Assembly (NCBI GenBank): GCA_023920165.1
Contig: CP089281.1
Coordinates: 248,001 to 312,000, forward strand
Direction of reading: 5' to 3'
Length of the DNA stretch: 64,000 nt
Origin: Curvularia clavata
Taxonomy: Eukaryota
Position numbers and translations under genes: made by a program. Shown in pieces: positions 22,540 through 35,379 of this stretch. The stretch's first letter is position 1, and each line of letters begins with the position of its first letter. Below the pieces are notes generated by a model, which was given only the letters and a program-made list of their open reading frames with translations, did no database searches and had not been told where the DNA came from.

Positions 22540-24752
22540 ACTCTTTTTACTCGTTTCAAACATGTACATATTTGAAATATATCCATCAAGTATCTAGTAA
22601 AATGCTTTTGCGTTACCATCCTGACTCGGAGAGTCGTTCTAGACCTGAAAGAAAATATCCTACATGAACCTATATAACCAATCAGGTCTTTTAGGAAGAG
22701 CAAGAACCTACCGTGTAGCACAACAAGTCACTCTACCTCGGTTTCCTAAACTGCATTACCAAGCAAGCATCGATCTAACAAGCATAATCCCAGCGCCCCA
22801 ACTGCGCAGCTTCCCTTGCCCCTCCGATCCAGCATGTGGGAAACAAAACCCCATATCCATGATTTTGTTTTCCGGCGGATCATTCTGCAAGGATAGCACC
22901 GCCCTATGACAGCGATTTGCTTACTTCTCGTCCCTGTGCGAAACTGGGGGGGAAGGGGTGCGGCTGTTAGACTAGGAACCCTAACGAGCCCATGCCAATA
23001 CATCGTAGTCAAGGGGGGACGGCGGGGGATACGAGCACTAACAATGAAACAATAATTCCTGAATCAATTATGTGTTACAACTGTATTATCGTACCATTGT
23101 GATCGATCTCCCGTTTCACGCATACACGAAAACCCAATGGGTAGGATATACCTAGTAAAAGGGAACAAGGGTGCAAAGACACGAAATAGGAGAACGGCAG
23201 ACATGCACAGAAAACAACGCCGCTGCTGGAAAAAAATCGCAAGCAGAATACGAGTACCAAACATCAAGTACCAGTGTTTTTTTCCCGCGCAGCCCTCAAC
23301 AACTGTCATTGTAACTAACGCAACTTGCCGAGGTGTCATGTACCTTTCAGCTCCCACAAAGACGGTCTAGGTAGACGCTAGCCACCCGCTTGCAGCGCAG
23401 GGCGTCGATATACTCCGCGACCATCACCTGCACCAGCGACTCGCTAGACTGCTGCGCTAGCCGAAACAAAAAAATCCCCCGGCTGCAGGCTTGCTGATGT
23501 ACCATAGTCTCTTTTCGTGCTCGGTACACTACATGGACGTGTCGGGCCTATTGGCAGCCTCTTGCCGACGTAGCAGTCATGACATACGGTGTTGCATTAT
23601 TCGTTGCGTGCACCGTGTGGGACACACTACTTTGTCGATCCGGTTTGCTGCAAGTATGCGGGGAGGATAGCATACTTGCGGGCGGTCAAGGAGTGAGACG
23701 AGTGTACCGCGTATGCATTTTGATGTCAATATGTTTTCTGATCCCGAATACGTTGTACACATTTGTCTGTGTTAGGCGATATCGGTACCTTTCCATTTTC
23801 CCTATGCACCCTTCTTCGTTCCTCGCTGTTGATCCTGATTGAGAGGAAAAGTCATGGCGGCGGCCCGGTTTGCCCGCGCCCCACAAACAGTCGAGTTCGA
23901 GATCGGCAAACTTGGGTCTGCAGATTTAGAGGCTTGCGCCACAAACTACTAGATCGCATAATCTAGATGTTTGATTTAGTCCAGACCGCTCAAACACGGT
24001 CTCGGCCTGAGACTCGTAGGCGTAACATGGAAACTTGCGCATGTAGCATCACAGATGATGTTGTCTGTCCTGGGGATCTTTCTTGGTATGAACGTTGTCA
24101 TTATGCGACTGATTTTTCAACTTGTCGTTGATTGGTGAATTATTAAGGTATCTAACTATATCGCGTGGGTATATGTAAAAATTACAAGGAAAAGGCCGTT
24201 TGTCGTGATGATGGTGTTATACAAGAAACAGGTACGCGGTGTACCTCAGCTGCATTGTCCTCTCATGCATCTTTTTTTGTGCCATTCATTTTTGCACATA
24301 GCGTGAGGAGATATAGGTGTAGCATGCAATCCACTGATAGTAATGCAATGTAGAACAGGTCTTACATGCAATGCTTGCCGGATTAATGGATGTGAGACCC
24401 TGTTTCCAGGAAGCCGATCTGTTCAAGTTGGCATTGCATCGAAGGAACGTGGTCCACGGTAAAGCGACAACCTTTGCTGCATCGCGCTTTCGAATTCCCG
24501 AGGGCTCAATGGAGCTACCTGATGGCAAGAGATATTTGTTGAGAGCGTAATGACTAGTGTGATGGAAACGAAGAGAGCGGTGCTTGGTCATAAGGTGTCG
24601 ATATCAAGACGAGGACTACAGACGCCCTAGGTGTAATGTCGATAAAGATGCCACATCCAAGCTGCAGCCTATGGTGCAGGACAATGACTGACGCCATCAA
24701 GGTAGCACAACTTGCGTTATTGGAGCATAGGAGGGTGTGCTGCTCTATCCCA

Positions 24753-26119
24753 TCATCTGTAGGGTGCGGAAATTATTGAGCCCCTCTCCTCATCCGTAAT
24801 GTAAAACGACTTTGATACCATGATTCCTTGGAAGTCGTCTTCAGTGCTACTCCGTGAGCTCTTGATCCTCAAGCTCTGTTCGCTGTCATTGTCTGAATTG
24901 TCGACACGGGTACTCTTTTTGGAATTTTGTGGAGCATTTGGGAACCAGTTGGGTGACTTCATCTTGTTTCCTGTCTCCAAGTCCTCTTCTGAAGTGCGAG
25001 TCTTGACGGTGGCAGAGAGCTTGTAATGATCTGGTCGTAGCTTGTCGGCCTTGGAATTTGTACCAGTGCCAGCGGCATTCTCTGGAAGTGGTCGAGACAT
25101 GGCGTAAGCTGAGGGACGATAGGCAGAGGGGTTGTGTGTTGTTAGTCCGAGCTTGTGCATAACGATGAAGAAGAGAGGGCGAAGTGTTGCGAGACTGCCT
25201 GCGGTAATGGCAAGACCTTGTTCAACTGAAGACCAGATGGCAATATCAAGTGTGGACCCTGCTGAGATTAGATTGTGAGCGGACACAAAGTGGAGAGAAC
25301 CTACAGAGGAAGTCGGGTGAGTTGAAAAAGTGGATAAAGGGCAGGCGTGCGATGACGGCAGCACTTGCGATGCAACCCATGGTAATCAAGGGGATCAAAG
25401 CAACCTTTGCCCTTGTCTTCAACTGCAGATGCCAAACGAGGAATCCAGGGATAATGGCAAATGTAAAATCGGAAATGATGCTGAAGGTACTGTATACATA
25501 ACCAAGGACGCTGATGACAGTATTGTCAATGCATTTGCCCTGTTGCGAAGTGCGGTCCCACATGTAAGAGATGGGATAGCACTGAAAAAGGCAGACAAAG
25601 AAGAAGGTACCTCCGGCAACGACTGAGATACACATGGCGCCGTAGATGATCCTGCAGATGTTAGTATATTGCGGTCTTGCGCCAGTCTCCTGGGGCAACT
25701 GACCAAGTGTGGAGTTTTCGGACACTGATGCGTAGCAAAAGGAATCCAATTGACATTTTGGAGCAGATCATGGACCACGAGTAGAACAAATAGCAAAAAT
25801 ACCAGGCGTGCTTTGCATTCTGTACGCCCTCGATGGGCAGGTCACGATGGTGGTGTCCGGTTCCATACTTGATACCAATGCAGGACGATGTTGTGTAGGC
25901 TATGAAGAAGAGCTGAAGAGTATGTTAGACACCGGGTCACTGGCTGGGCTTGATGGGTGCTTCACTCACTGTTGCAATGACCATGAGCCAGTCGTCGAGA
26001 CCAAAGGCCTTTACCATTCTCAGGCGGACATAGCACCTCAGCAGACAAGCCGAGACGGCCGTGGTGACAAAGGCAATGTTGACTGCAAGCAGCTCGGGGC
26101 CTCTGTTGGGGACGGCCAT
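24753..26119 (-). CDS. PTH11-like (fungal rhodopsin domain) integral membrane protein without CFEM, multi-exon
   Basis: LRCYVR...FGLDDW, FQCYPISYMW, SDFTFAIIP..LVWHLQL and WSSVEQGLAITAGSLATLRPL. Confidence 0.88.
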
Positions 26120-29100
26120 GACGAAGGTGAAGTCGAGGCACGGGATGCTCACGCAGCAACAAACAGCCCCAAGAGCCTGATGGCTGAGGGGGCGTCGTTC
26201 TTTTTACGTGAGTAGGATTGTTTTTGCCGAGGTGGAGCAATAGGGAGGAATGCATCATGCATGCCGCCACGAGAGAGGTGGGTCACTGCGCGGCTTCGCG
26301 ATACTGGATCCAGGGTCTGGTCCGTTTCAGCGAGAGGCAATTACCAACATGGGCGTTTACCCGCGGAGCTAGGACATGGCCCATGGATTTGGCATGTTGT
26401 TCAATCATGCACGGCAGGCCATCCCAGGACGCGTAGATGCGGATAGTAGTGATGTGCTGATAAACGAGATTGGGCCATGGTGACCAAAGCTAACAGAGCA
26501 GAGGCACTGCTCCACTCGAGATGGTCTGTCTGTTGGGTGCGCGCTGGCATAGTCTGTGCCACAGTCTTGATCGGCTTCTCGGCGGTGCAGCCACTGGGGC
26601 GGTACTGTGGGCGGGTACCTGAGACAACGCCCTCGCGGTAGTCAAAGTCAAAAGCAACGGCTCAGCAAGCGTCGTCGTGGTGGGTGGTGGTGGACTAGGC
26701 AGTGTGGAGGCCTGTCTGTCTCTACACGGCAAGGCCGTTGGCTCGAGGTTTCGCGTGGTGGTGGGGCACGTGAGCGCTAAGCCTCTTTGGTCTAGGCCCA
26801 CGAAAATCTTGCCTCTCCTGCATCGCGTGCAGTTCTCCCAGCCCGCTCCAAACCCCGGACGCCCTCCAAGGTCCAATGCTGTTTGTCGACGCACAGTCGT
26901 CGAGCTCCTTTTTACCCGCAAGTTTCATTCCTGTCCATCCTCACTGCCGGTGCCCTTAACTTGGAAATGCTCGACAGGCCCAGCCACGGGAGCATGCGGC
27001 CGCTACTGGACCTAACCTATGTCGTCCATGGTTCGGTGGACCCCATGCAAGCTTGCCCACTGTATGCTGGGCTGGATGCCGAGGGATCTCTCATGCCTTA
27101 TCAGGCTCCACGGCTCACGGGGACTGGGGTGGCGCTCGAAAAGCATGGCCACAAGCCAGGCCTCCCAAGCTGCCAATGTCCTGCGCACCATCAGCTTCAA
27201 CATGCCGGGCCCTGCCATGCGCCAGCTGACTCGTCGCCGCGGCCCCGGCACTTGCAGATAGCTCTGGGTACACAAAGCTCGACGCCCTCACCCTATATCT
27301 GTGGCATTTGCTTTGCACCACTTCCGCACTGTCCCGCGCGCAGAAATCGTCGCACCAAGTCACAGCTCCCGTAACTGAAACTAAGATTTAGCGGACACCC
27401 AATCCCGACCAGAGGGAATTGCCCGATAGCTAATGATTCGCCTGAGCGCCACGTTCGCATGCTGGTACACCAACTACTTAGTACCAAACTTTACGGGATG
27501 AAGTCATTCGGTTAACCATAACATGAGCCTGATCATACACGAGCATTGCCCTCTTGTACACACAGTGACATTCGTTGCAGCGGACCAGAATGATGGGCTT
27601 ACCCTGGCAAGCAAGGATAGGCAACGCCTCACATACGCGAGCCGCACTTGTCACTCCACAGACAGACGCCTCCTGACACGCCTCAGGCTACGGAACATTT
27701 AGTGATCTTTGCTCACCACTTTCTGCCCCGCCGTTGCGACCACGGGAAATTTTGGCTTATTCATACTCCGCTTGAACACTGGTCCGCGGTGAACGGAGGC
27801 GCTGACGCAAGATCCTTGCATTGTGGTGTATGGTGGCCATCGGCCCCAAGCTGCATGCAGTACAAGATACGTTCAAGGCAAACATCTGCGCCAAGTTATA
27901 CCCAGGGCTCCACATATATCACGCATCTTCTCTAACGGTTGTGCAACAATGGCTTGGTAGTGTGCCTGCTGCATTGTGCTGCAGCGTGGCGCGGAGATCA
28001 CACAAGGGCCAGGCTTTGGACCATCTCCGCGTAACACCTGGTGACGACATCTTAGTATCCGAGTACCGGTGCCGACTCTCTCCGTGGAAGGCTCCCACGC
28101 TGCCTGAATCAACGCCGTTCGTGTTTCAGATGCAGGGCTCTGCGCATGTCAGACTGCCGTCGGCATCCCCACAGGCCGCGACTCGTTCGACATTGGTTGG
28201 TTCTCGGATATCGTGCTCAACAAAATGTACCTGCCCCCTTTGAACGCATTTACAGCCTAGGGTGCTCTATAGAATAGGTAGGGATTGGGTTACTATACCT
28301 TACTCATCGGGCTTAGCGTTACCCCGCGGGTATATCTCTCCTATACCTTTGCCATTGCACCTGGTGACACTGACCAATAGGGAAGGTCAAGGATCCTAAT
28401 AGCTAGCACGGAAGAAACGAAACAAATCAATAGTGAGAAAAATATTTGTTTCGATAGCACCTCGCGTCTAGGCCGTCTGGCCTTCATCATTCTTCACGTG
28501 CATACAGTAGCCTTTCAGGGTCACTTGACAGAACTAGGCCCACGCTTCCGTATCACACTGCATACAAGAAGACGAAGATCCCGCTTTCAGTTCGATACGG
28601 TAAGGCTGGTGTGGCAGGACATTTGTGTCTCTCTTGGAATGCGAGTTCTAGGCCTGTGGTGCCACAAACTTGTTTTCCATGTCTCTTACCAATAAGCCAG
28701 ACGGCCTATGAATCGAGTTTTCCACGTTAAGCGCATTTCTATACCTGCCTGAACGTCAGACAATTGCGCCGTTCAATTATATGTCAGATCGGCTATAAAG
28801 CTTGATATGTGGGGTCGTCCGAGCTGACTCCAAAGTATATCTTGACCGACATCGATGAGTTCAACTCCCTGGTGAGGTAGAGATGCCTGTAATTCTGAAA
28901 CTTGACTTGAAACATTCGGCATTTGTTAGAACCTTCGTGAGCAGTTCACGCTTTAGTGCGGGGACTTTGCGAGGCACTACTTTTGTAATCAGTTCGGGAT
29001 TCCGGCTGAACTTTAGGTGTCAGTACTGTCTAGAAGCACTCACAGTGCATCCCGTGCTCCAAAAGGCTCGACCAGACACTCTTTAGTAACGGATGAATGC

Positions 29101-29671
29101 TTCTATTGTCAACAATCTGATAAGTATGACGATAAAGCGAGTTGCACGAAACACTGCACATAGCACCAGGTTGCGATCGTCATCCTGCTACGACATTTCT
29201 GGAGGCTTCCCCTAGTTTCTGATTACTTGCACACGTGATAAAGATACTCTTGATGACTGATTAGACTTCATTCAAGCACTCGAAGATAAGCGGGTAGCAC
29301 CATGCAGCAAGCGGAATGTTGTTCTCAAGTGGTGAATTTAGCTAAAGAGCTTCAGTGCCATAGGCTCCATCATCCAACCAATTCTCATTGCTAGTAATGG
29401 CTCAGTAAAATGCAGATCCCGATTATTCCTATGATGTCCTGACCGGATAAAGCGATTACAAAACAGACAGCTATGCGCGGCCACAGGCTTTTGCACTAGC
29501 CAGTATACTTGCCTCGTAAGAACATAGCTCTAGGCTGCCCAAAGTAATTTTGTAAACGCCCCTTTGCGCGCCTTCGTCTATCAAAGTCTGTTACGCTTGC
29601 AAAAACTGCAGCAAGATTTTGGACGAGCTTTTAGTACAAGCAACTCAACTATAACACCACTGCACCGTCTA

Positions 29672-30844
29672 TCACATTTCTTTCAAAGAAACATTATTCA
29701 CCACATCCGACGAATTTGCCTCCTCTTCCTTCCTTTTCTTCTCCTCCTTGATCCTCTTCTCCTCCCTTTCGCTATAACGATCGCCAAACAGGTCGAAATG
29801 TGGTCGCATAACCAACGTGTACTTTACAAATTCCTCCATACAGTCAACTAACCTATCCCTGTTACCACTCGGCATGAGCCTACTGCCTCCATCTTCTGCA
29901 TCCGCCTCGGTGAATTGCTTGTAAGCCATGGGTATTGAGCTCTGATTTGGGATAGTAAACATGCGCATCCAGCGGCCAAGGACACGGAGAGAATTGACAG
30001 TGTTGAAACTCTGCGATCCACCGTTGACCTGCGCTATGGCCAAGGTGCGTCCTTGAGTCGGCCGCACAGAGCCAGTCGAAAGTGGTATCCAGTCGATCTG
30101 GTTTTTGAACACGGCAGTCTAATGGATTGCAGGCGTTAGCTACATACTTCTTCCCAACATGTGAGGTGCAATAGAGGGAACGGGATAAAATACTTACAAG
30201 ATTTCCATGCTGCTCAGGGCTCACCCATACATGCCCATCACTCCACTTGCTAAGCTCACGTAATTCCTGTACCTTTTCATGCGAATGCTGCACGTCATCT
30301 TTTACCGGGAGCCCACTCGGATTAAACACACGGACATCGCATCCGAGCCGGAACAAGATACGACTCGCCTCATAAGCAAGAAGACGAGAATACGATCTGA
30401 ATAGCCACTCAGCTGTCATCCATATGAATGGGAAAAAGAAGTCGAGCCGTGAAGCTCGATGGGTAGAATCTACCGTTCTCGCATACTCCCGTACAAGACG
30501 AGAACTTTTATCCTGTCCCCTCCACGCTGAAGCACCTGCTCGTCTACCATTTTCAGCGCGGTGCTGAGCTCGAGTCTTGCGATCCAGTCGCTACTTGCAT
30601 GCTGAGTTTCGAGCAAGAAGGGTCGGTATATCTGGCGAATGGATGCATCATCTTCGTGGGCGGGAATAGCAAGCGATGTATGTCGGTAAGCAGGATCTAT
30701 GGCGATTTCTGCTCGGATACGCTCTGCGGATGTGTTGTTTAAATCGCCGTTCATGGCTGCTTTAAAGGTTGAGAGAGAAAATGAGCGCTTGAGGTTTGAG
30801 CTGCGGCAAGATGTAAGGCGTGTAAGTGGGCGATATAGTAGCAT
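29672..30844 (-). CDS. arsH: ArsH, NADPH-dependent FMN oxidoreductase of arsenic resistance (3 exons)
   Basis: [56 protein letters not shown] and PNQSS. Two in-frame ATGs, at 30844 and 30754. Confidence 0.93.
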
Positions 30845-32162
30845 CGGTGGACTGCGCAGGGATAAAGTTTAGTTTTTCATTGTAGCGTTTTATTTTGGAT
30901 TCATTGTGCAGATACGTGATTAGGCGTGATGCTTCTACTAGACACAATGACAGTTATCGATAAGACGGTGACATACCCCCCTATCGCTGCCAGGACATCG
31001 GTATGTCACTTGTCGCGTGTCATTGGCTGGGGAGGGTCCATTGCGGATCTTTTCTGGAAAACTTCCACGTTACTTCACATTTGTTATTTGATATGCACTA
31101 AATAAGTGTTTCGTATACAGTGCTTCTCATATATAGTGCCCATTCAGCCAAAAAAAAAAATGACGTGCTTTTGGTAGCAATGGAATGCCACCGACCAATG
31201 AAGTCTTTTTTTTCTTACTGAATTCTACACATTGCAGATATAGAGATATGATCTCGACACAGCATACATGGTTTTTAGTGACTGTGAAGGCTGTTCGATA
31301 ACTTTGAAATATTGAGACTATGATTTTGTCTCATTAAGATAGGAATATGCTTAGTTGTGCTTTTGTGGCGAGAGGCACAGCTACTGTAGCTATGATCTTT
31401 CCTGCAATGAAAGAAACTCACCACTGCGCTCAACAGATATCTTACGAGCGGCTTTATGTCAGAGTTCTTTCATAAGCCTATTAACAAGTCGATACTTTCT
31501 ATCATCATGCGACCCCATGATCGCAGTGATCCAATCCTTTACCCATTCTCCATCACCGAGATGCCTCAGTTCCGATTCTTGCCATTCCAAACATCATCTA
31601 TCAATCACCAATCTAAATTTTTCGATCACAAAATCTGTTTCGAATTAGCACCCGCCACACCTTCCTAATCCACGTAGAAGAAAAAAAACGCTCTTCGAGA
31701 ACCTCGGTTAACGGGCCGAAAGGACGGAACAATCCATCCACGATGAATCAGACGAGATAACCTTGCGTCTAGCTAGCTGATCAATATTGCGGAGAGCGGG
31801 AGGCGCCGCGCTATCGCTGGGGAAGGTCAGCGTATTGGTAGGGCGACTGACTAGTGGATTAGGTGAGAAAAGAGTAGGGTCATGGGTGGTGAAGGGGTTA
31901 GCGCTTCGCCAGCGACTCGGAATATCCTTGTTTTGGTGGTGGCAAATGCTGATGTCGAAAATTTCGAATATCGTGTGTGTGATTGGTATAGCAGAGCGCC
32001 TTCGTTGGGGTAATAGGCGGGTTGTGTGGGAGTCTTATTTGAAGTTGAGATTGTTTGAGTCGAGGAGAATGGATGGAGAGAAGAACATGAGAGTTTACTG
32101 ACCATGCAGGCAGTCCGAGAAAAGGTAAGAGATTAAGGGTAGAAATAGGCAGTTAGATTTCC

Positions 32163-33065
32163 TCAACTTTTGTAATTTTGCATTAGCTTATCTATGATAT
32201 TAATTCCCATCTGTTCCTCAGCAGAAGGCGCCTTTTGCTTTTGCCCCTCGGGCGCAAAACCCTCTCTTTGCATAATGTTTTCCATCATTCGTATGCCCCG
32301 CAGTTCCTGTAGTGGCGGTATGTGTTGGAGGCCGTCCGGATCTACAGTGTCAAAGTTGAGACGGCCGGTCGGTTTGACCGCTCCAGTAACCTGGAAGATG
32401 GTGTCTGGTGTGATGACAAAGTCACACTGTACTTCGCCAGACCTGGTTGGTTTGATCATTTCCATGTTCAGTCTTGCTTCGTCGACTACTTGGCAGGCGT
32501 GCGCGACTGCAGCGACGGGTGCGTTGGGTCGTAATGCACCTATGTCTTGTAGCAGCGCCCATTGTACTTCGAAGAGATTTTCCCCTTCCCAGATAGTGAC
32601 GCCTTGAACGCTGAAGATGAGGCCACCTGTAACGCACATGTCGATTTTCAGGCCCTCATCACGCATTTGTGCGAGAGTAATGGGCCGGCCGATACTCGGT
32701 TTCTCCATGCCATCAAGACAGGCGGCGAGGTTGTATTTGCTCTCTTCGATACGTCCTGGATGCAGGAGGATGAAGCCTCTGCGTAACCGATAGGTAGCAA
32801 CAAGTAGCCGCTTTCCATCCTTGAGAGCTCGTGCTCGCAAGTGCTCGAGGCTATTGTCTGGGGTCACGAGTATGACGTCGGCAGCCTGGTAGCATGGCAG
32901 CGCGGTTAAGCGATCGATGGCGGCAAGGGAGCCTCTGAAGTCCGGAGTAAAAGACATAAAGTCATACGAGAACCTAGCGTCAGGAACCGCATCCTGGATT
33001 AGCTCCTGATAGACGCGCGACCAAATCAGCCTTGAGCGTTCGGAGGAGGAGGGGCGGGCCGCCAT
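32163..33065 (-). CDS. 5-formyltetrahydrofolate cyclo-ligase-like protein (NagB/RpiA fold)
   Basis: PDF.GS..A..RL, VTPDNSL..LR..AL.DGK.LLV.T..LRRGF, H..QVVD and DFVITP. Intronless, 300 aa. Confidence 0.8.
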   Translation of the reverse strand: MAARPSSSERSRLIWSRVYQELIQDAVPDARFSYDFMSFTPDFRGSLAAIDRLTALPCYQAADVILVTPDNSLEHLRARALKDGKRLLVATYRLRRGFILLHPGRIEESKYNLAACLDGMEKPSIGRPITLAQMRDEGLKIDMCVTGGLIFSVQGVTIWEGENLFEVQWALLQDIGALRPNAPVAAVAHACQVVDEARLNMEMIKPTRSGEVQCDFVITPDTIFQVTGAVKPTGRLNFDTVDPDGLQHIPPLQELRGIRMMENIMQREGFAPEGQKQKAPSAEEQMGINIIDKLMQNYKS

Positions 33066-33509
33066 TGGTGTGAATCCGGGTCGAAACAGGCGGGCGGCTA
33101 CAAAGTTTGGGGCGGTGCAGGCTTGTCTGGGGGAAGGATGAGTAGGACGGGCGAAAGTCTGTATACAGACTGACGGGGAGGGCCATTGTTCTAGAAGACG
33201 CGGGGGTTGTTCTGGCGGATGACTAAGAAAAGCCCTCTCCGCTCGTAGCTACAGTGCAGCCAGCCTCACGCCGCCATGTTTCATCCCTCTTTGTCTCGCC
33301 ATACTTGCTCGACATTCCTGAGGCAGATTTTTCGCGGCTGCCGGCCACTTCCGCGCATGCGGCGTCCCGGCAACAAATGCTCCAGTTTACGCCGATCCTT
33401 GGAGCACTCGGCTATTTGGCTAACTAGCCTACCATATTGCCGAAGAGATGCATATCTTGGCCCACTGACGGCTCTTTGACGTACTACTGCGTCCATCACC
33501 AGCTTCATC

Positions 33510-34802
33510 ATGGCAACCATCAGTGATCTTGTCCCTTCGAAAACCGACTGTGCGGAGAAAAAGATGCCGGATCAACGGAGCTGCGAAGGAGCCGATATCG
33601 ACTCCACCAATGCCGACCCCCCAGTGCTCGGCCATTCTCTTCCGGAACAGCCGACCCAAGAGACTGGGGAACCCGGAAGTGAAGGCAAGAGCAGGAAGAA
33701 GTCCAAGACTGCAAAGATGCTTGAAGTTGCCAAGTGGTTCGTCAAAGACCAGTGGTTCCTGCTAGCCATGAGTGCCGTCGTCCTCTTATCCTCTCAAGTC
33801 CAGGTCCCAGCATCTCAGCAGCGGACCAAGCGAACAGTCATCACTTACCTGGCTGTGTCCGTCATCTTCTTCATCAATGGCTGTACCCTCGATACTCGGC
33901 TCATGCTTGCCAACTACATGCGCTGGAAACTGCACATCTTCGTACAGCTCCAGTGCTACCTCGTCTGCTCAGCTGCCACATTTGCCATTGTCAGTCTGTG
34001 CGCCACAAATCCCCGCTTCATGGACCCATGGCTACTGATTGGCTTCCTCTTCGTCGGCAGCGCTCCCACGACCATGTCAAGCAATGTCGTCATGACGCGC
34101 CAAGCCCATGGAAACGCCGCCCTGACGGTGGTGCAATCTGTAATCGGCCAGTTTCTCTGCCCCTTCCTGACTCCCGTGATACTCCAAATGTATCTCTCCA
34201 CTGGTTCGTGGTACAGCAAGGTGCTGCAGCGCGGCTCTGGCTATGCAGGCATCTATCAGCGTGTCTTTATGCAACTCGGCCTATCGCTATTTGTACCCAT
34301 GCTGCTTGGTCAGATCGTACAGCGCTTGTTCCCTAAGATGACCAAAAAGGTCTTTTTCGATTGGAAGCTGCTCAAGCTGTCGTCCATTGCTCTGCTTACC
34401 ATGGTTTGGCAGACATTTGACCAAGCCTTCTCGTCGGGGGCATTCAAAGCCGTCAAAACGTCCAATATCATCTTCATCGTCTTCATTACCATTGCGCTAT
34501 ACTTTATCTGGTTAGCCATCTGCTTCACTGCCGCTACATTATGGCTGCCGAAAAAGGACGTCATTGCCTGCTGCTACTGCTGCCCGGCCAAGGCGCTTGC
34601 AATGGTAGTCCCGCTTACTTCGGTCATGTACATCAATATAGATCCCGTGGATCAGTCAAAGATGCAAATTCCTGCCATTATTTTCCAAGCCTTTCAGGTT
34701 GCCATCGGGGGCATCATGACAATTGGGTTCCGAAGATGGATACGACCTGAAGAAGAAAAGGAAGAGGCTGAGAAGCTCATGGAAACGGGGGGCAACAATT
34801 AG
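33510..34802 (+). CDS. Sodium/bile-acid symporter family protein (SLC10A7/RCH1-like)
   Basis: DQWFL, IFFINGCTL, PTTMSSNVVMTRQAHGN, CCPAKALA and multiple hydrophobic segments. Confidence 0.88.
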   Translation: MATISDLVPSKTDCAEKKMPDQRSCEGADIDSTNADPPVLGHSLPEQPTQETGEPGSEGKSRKKSKTAKMLEVAKWFVKDQWFLLAMSAVVLLSSQVQVPASQQRTKRTVITYLAVSVIFFINGCTLDTRLMLANYMRWKLHIFVQLQCYLVCSAATFAIVSLCATNPRFMDPWLLIGFLFVGSAPTTMSSNVVMTRQAHGNAALTVVQSVIGQFLCPFLTPVILQMYLSTGSWYSKVLQRGSGYAGIYQRVFMQLGLSLFVPMLLGQIVQRLFPKMTKKVFFDWKLLKLSSIALLTMVWQTFDQAFSSGAFKAVKTSNIIFIVFITIALYFIWLAICFTAATLWLPKKDVIACCYCCPAKALAMVVPLTSVMYINIDPVDQSKMQIPAIIFQAFQVAIGGIMTIGFRRWIRPEEEKEEAEKLMETGGNN

Positions 34803-35054
34803 TCTGTTTGGAGCAATCTCTATTCGTATTGCTATTTATCTAATTTGGCCAAGTGTGGGCTTCTCAATTCTACCAGCAGTAGACGAGACGCACTTCTCTC
34901 TGTATATCCCGGCCACAACCTTCTAATCTCCACTCCCTCTATAATGTTCTCACATCTTGGTTCTTCCCAGCCTGTGATTTTTGTCTATTGCCATGTTGCA
35001 TCCAATTCAAGAATGATGCCATGTACCACTGGCTTGGAAGTGCCTTTCATGCGC

Positions 35055-35379
35055 TTAGCTGATGCAGCAGCATCCGTTGGGGATCTAAAAAAACCATCAG
35101 TTTCCATGTCTAGCAATATTAGGATCCGTTGATATGACTTACGCATTTGCACTTGCCGCTGAAGCCGTCGCAGGGACACTCGACGCACGACAGCTGAGTA
35201 GCTGTGCCGTCGACGTCGCGGACCTCCTTGACACTGCGCTCCAGACTAACCTGTTTAAGCAAAAACTAGGTTAGTAAATGTAGTTTAATTCAACTTTGGG
35301 GCAAGGGGATACTTACAGCAGCTGGGGACGCAAGGGCAACGGCGGCACCAAGTGCAGCGAGGATGATGGAAACCTTCAT
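35055..35379 (-). CDS. Small secreted cysteine-rich peptide (66 aa, 8 Cys, 3 exons)
   Basis: Exons 35379-35317, 35250-35143 and 35084-35055. Both introns have GTAAGT donors, TACTAAC/ACTGAT branch points and YAG acceptors. Product MKVSIILAALGAAVALASPAAVSLERSVKEVRDVDGTATQLSCVECPCDGFSGKCKCIPNGCCCIS*. TATATAA lies about 120 nt upstream. Confidence 0.88.

Noticed and set aside
26200..29600. Short ORFs and scattered GCCARG (PacC-like) words upstream of the PTH11-like gene
   Set aside because: There is no coherent gene model, and hexamer hits are expected by chance in 3 kb.
29672..34802. Arsenic-resistance cluster (arsH plus an ACR3-like transporter)
   Set aside because: The transporter carries SLC10A7/RCH1-type motifs (PTT.SSNVVMT), not ACR3 motifs, and no arsC or arsM is present.
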